Shown in pieces: positions 61,942-64,000 of a stretch of DNA of 64,000 nucleotides. Within the stretch, counting starts at the first letter, position 1, and every line of letters starts with the position of its first letter. Where the stretch lies: positions 384,312 through 448,311 of the forward strand of contig MU058205.1 of assembly GCA_013265495.1 (NCBI GenBank), read 5' to 3'. Made by a program: the position numbers and the translations under genes. Below the pieces are notes generated by a model, which saw only the letters and a list, made by a program, of their open reading frames with translations, had not been told where the DNA came from and did not search any database. This DNA is from Vicugna vicugna. Its lineage: Eukaryota.

Positions 61942-62679
61942 CTAGCCAAAACAATTAGAGCAGAGAAAGAAATCAGAGATAAAAAAAAAAGACAAAGGAC
62001 ATACAAAACTACCATGATTTTCAAACAAGATGATTGTTTCCCTGAAAAAGAATAAGAGAATCAACTGAAAATGATCAAAAGTGAAATCAGTACTTGGAAC
62101 GAGCTAGTTTATTACCCCATCCCAGTCCCGACCTGCAGAAAGCCCAGCGGGGAACACAGCGGTTGGTGCAATTCCTGTGAATCGAGTTAACTTTCATTAT
62201 TACACAGGCCTGGACATTCGAATGACCTGGTTGAGATGGTATTTTGTGACCAGAATTTACCAAAGGACCCGTGGTTCTCTGAAGAGAAACTAGAGAAGCT
62301 CAGGGCCTCCGCAGGTGCAGAGGCAGATTGCACGAGGCTGGGGAGGCCGGGCCTCAACCGCTCCCCGGCGCCCGCCTTTCGAGGTCTGGGAAGACCTCCG
62401 GCTTTCACGGGGGTTGTATGTTGTTGAAATTTGCAAAGATAAGATATTGTTACTGCAATCAGTTAGACCACTCTGTCCACTCTGTCTCGGAGCAGGTGGC
62501 CACAGAATGGGCTCCTGCATCCTCATGGTCAGCACAGGACTGGCTGTAAGGTGCTACCGGGAGCTGGCCCCCACCAGATATTGACAGTACCTGAATATAC
62601 ATGGAAGTGACTGCAAACCACCAAACCCAGAGTCCCAGCTCTCATCAGGGTCCCCAAAACACACAGTCAAACCCCACCA

Positions 62680-64000
62680 CATGAGTAAACAATGTTTTAA
62701 GGAGTCTACAATGTATTTTCCAATATAGGGAAGAGAAACCAGAACACCCCAAAATGCAAAATGTTTATTCAAAGCTTATGAAAACTTAAATTTGTCATGA
62801 TAAACACAACTGGAAACTATTTAAGAACATAATTACATGTTTGTTATTTGGACATATATGAAAGAGATTGTCTTCTCTTATCTTTAAATTTATCTGTTAA
62901 AAAACTGAAGGAAAGTCTAGATACAAACCAATGAAATATAAAACAATAGTGACAAATAGAAGCAAAGAAATTAACAGAAATTGTACTGGCATCCAGCAAA
63001 TTGTAACCAAAAGAAATTTCAGACCATACCCAAAACAGTAAGTCATGAAATAGGAAGAAATGGATTTCTAGTAGAAGCAATAGATTATAACAAATAGGCT
63101 CTTGGAACATTTGAAAAATCAGCTAGTGAAGAAAAGTGAATCACAGAATCCATTGGAAAAATATTGAATTTTTTGCCTATCTGACAAAAAAAAATTACTG
63201 GCATCAACATAAATAATATAAAATTTCTGATACACCAGTACAACTGGGGAGCCATCCAGGACAAATCGATGAGCGCTGTCAGAGCCTAAAGACATTAGCC
63301 ACAGGCCCAAGCATACTGGAATTGACCCGTGAGAGAGAAATAATTTATCCCGTGAGTAAAGATTAAAGGGAAGAGGGGAAAAAACTGGCTTCTATTGATT
63401 AAAACTCCCCCTCCATGTTCCTTATTCACAGACAATAAGACAATTCAGTATGGAGACTGAAGTTTAAATTAATAACAGAAATAATTAACCTGAGATCCTT
63501 CACCATCCACTAATCATGAGTTAGAAGATGTATTAAAGAAAAGAGTAATTTACAGTAGAAAAAAGAAAAATTATGTAGAAAAAAACTCAAGAAATACGTA
63601 AAAAATCTGTATAAAAAAATTAAAATGTTACTAAAGGACACATAAAAAGTATCCTGAGCAAATAAAAAGGCCTGTCGTCCTCCTGGATTAGGAAAGATCG
63701 TAAATGTCCCTTCTCCCTAACTTATATACAAATAAGCAGCCCATCAATTAGCAATCCAAATAAAATACTAACAAGGTAGTTGAACTAGATAAACTGAGCC
63801 TAGAGACCAGATAGAGAACTAAGCAAGCAAAGCAGTCTGGACTTTTCTAGAAGAAAAGAGTGATAATGGGTCAGCCCAGGCGAATACTGACACAGTGTAA
63901 TTAATAATTAGAATAGTGGGGTACTGGTGAGAAATCCGCAGAGAGATCAACAGGACAGAACTAAAACCATAAAGAAACCCAAGCACATACATGTGGGAGT
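62680..64000 (+). mobile_element. Ancient L1 (L1ME-like) ORF2 fragments
   Basis: A-rich decayed L1 text, e.g. 'ctggattaggaaga..cgtaaatgtc..ttctccctaacttatataca', 'aatagtggggtactgg...gatcaacaggacagaa'. Confidence 0.6.

Overview
Mammalian, repeat-rich, apparently non-coding DNA (intergenic or deep intronic). It is most likely camelid: two tRNA-derived SINEs match the camelid Vic-1 pattern as I recall it, and I saw no ruminant Bov-A/Bov-tA or pig PRE-1 SINEs. I found no intact host protein-coding gene. The ORFs in the track are transposon remnants or chance ORFs. Recognisable content: a processed RPS20 pseudogene; a ~6.5 kb env-less class I ERV provirus (minus strand, two LTRs, tRNA-Ile-like PBS, decayed gag-pro-pol); a deleted ERVL internal remnant; several solo LTRs and MaLRs; many L1 pieces including a 5'-intact ~5.5 kb copy; a near-complete decayed hAT-Charlie transposon with nested insertions; a Tigger2-type MITE; and MIR/L2/MER5 relics. 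The most notable unexplained structure is a ~200 bp, ~80% identical inverted repeat (32979-33180 / 34047-34243). It matches no repeat I recognise, both arms keep an octamer motif, and it lies beside a CpG-rich promoter-like region. Repeat family names are from memory of consensus sequences, identities are hand estimates, and boundaries of old repeats are approximate.
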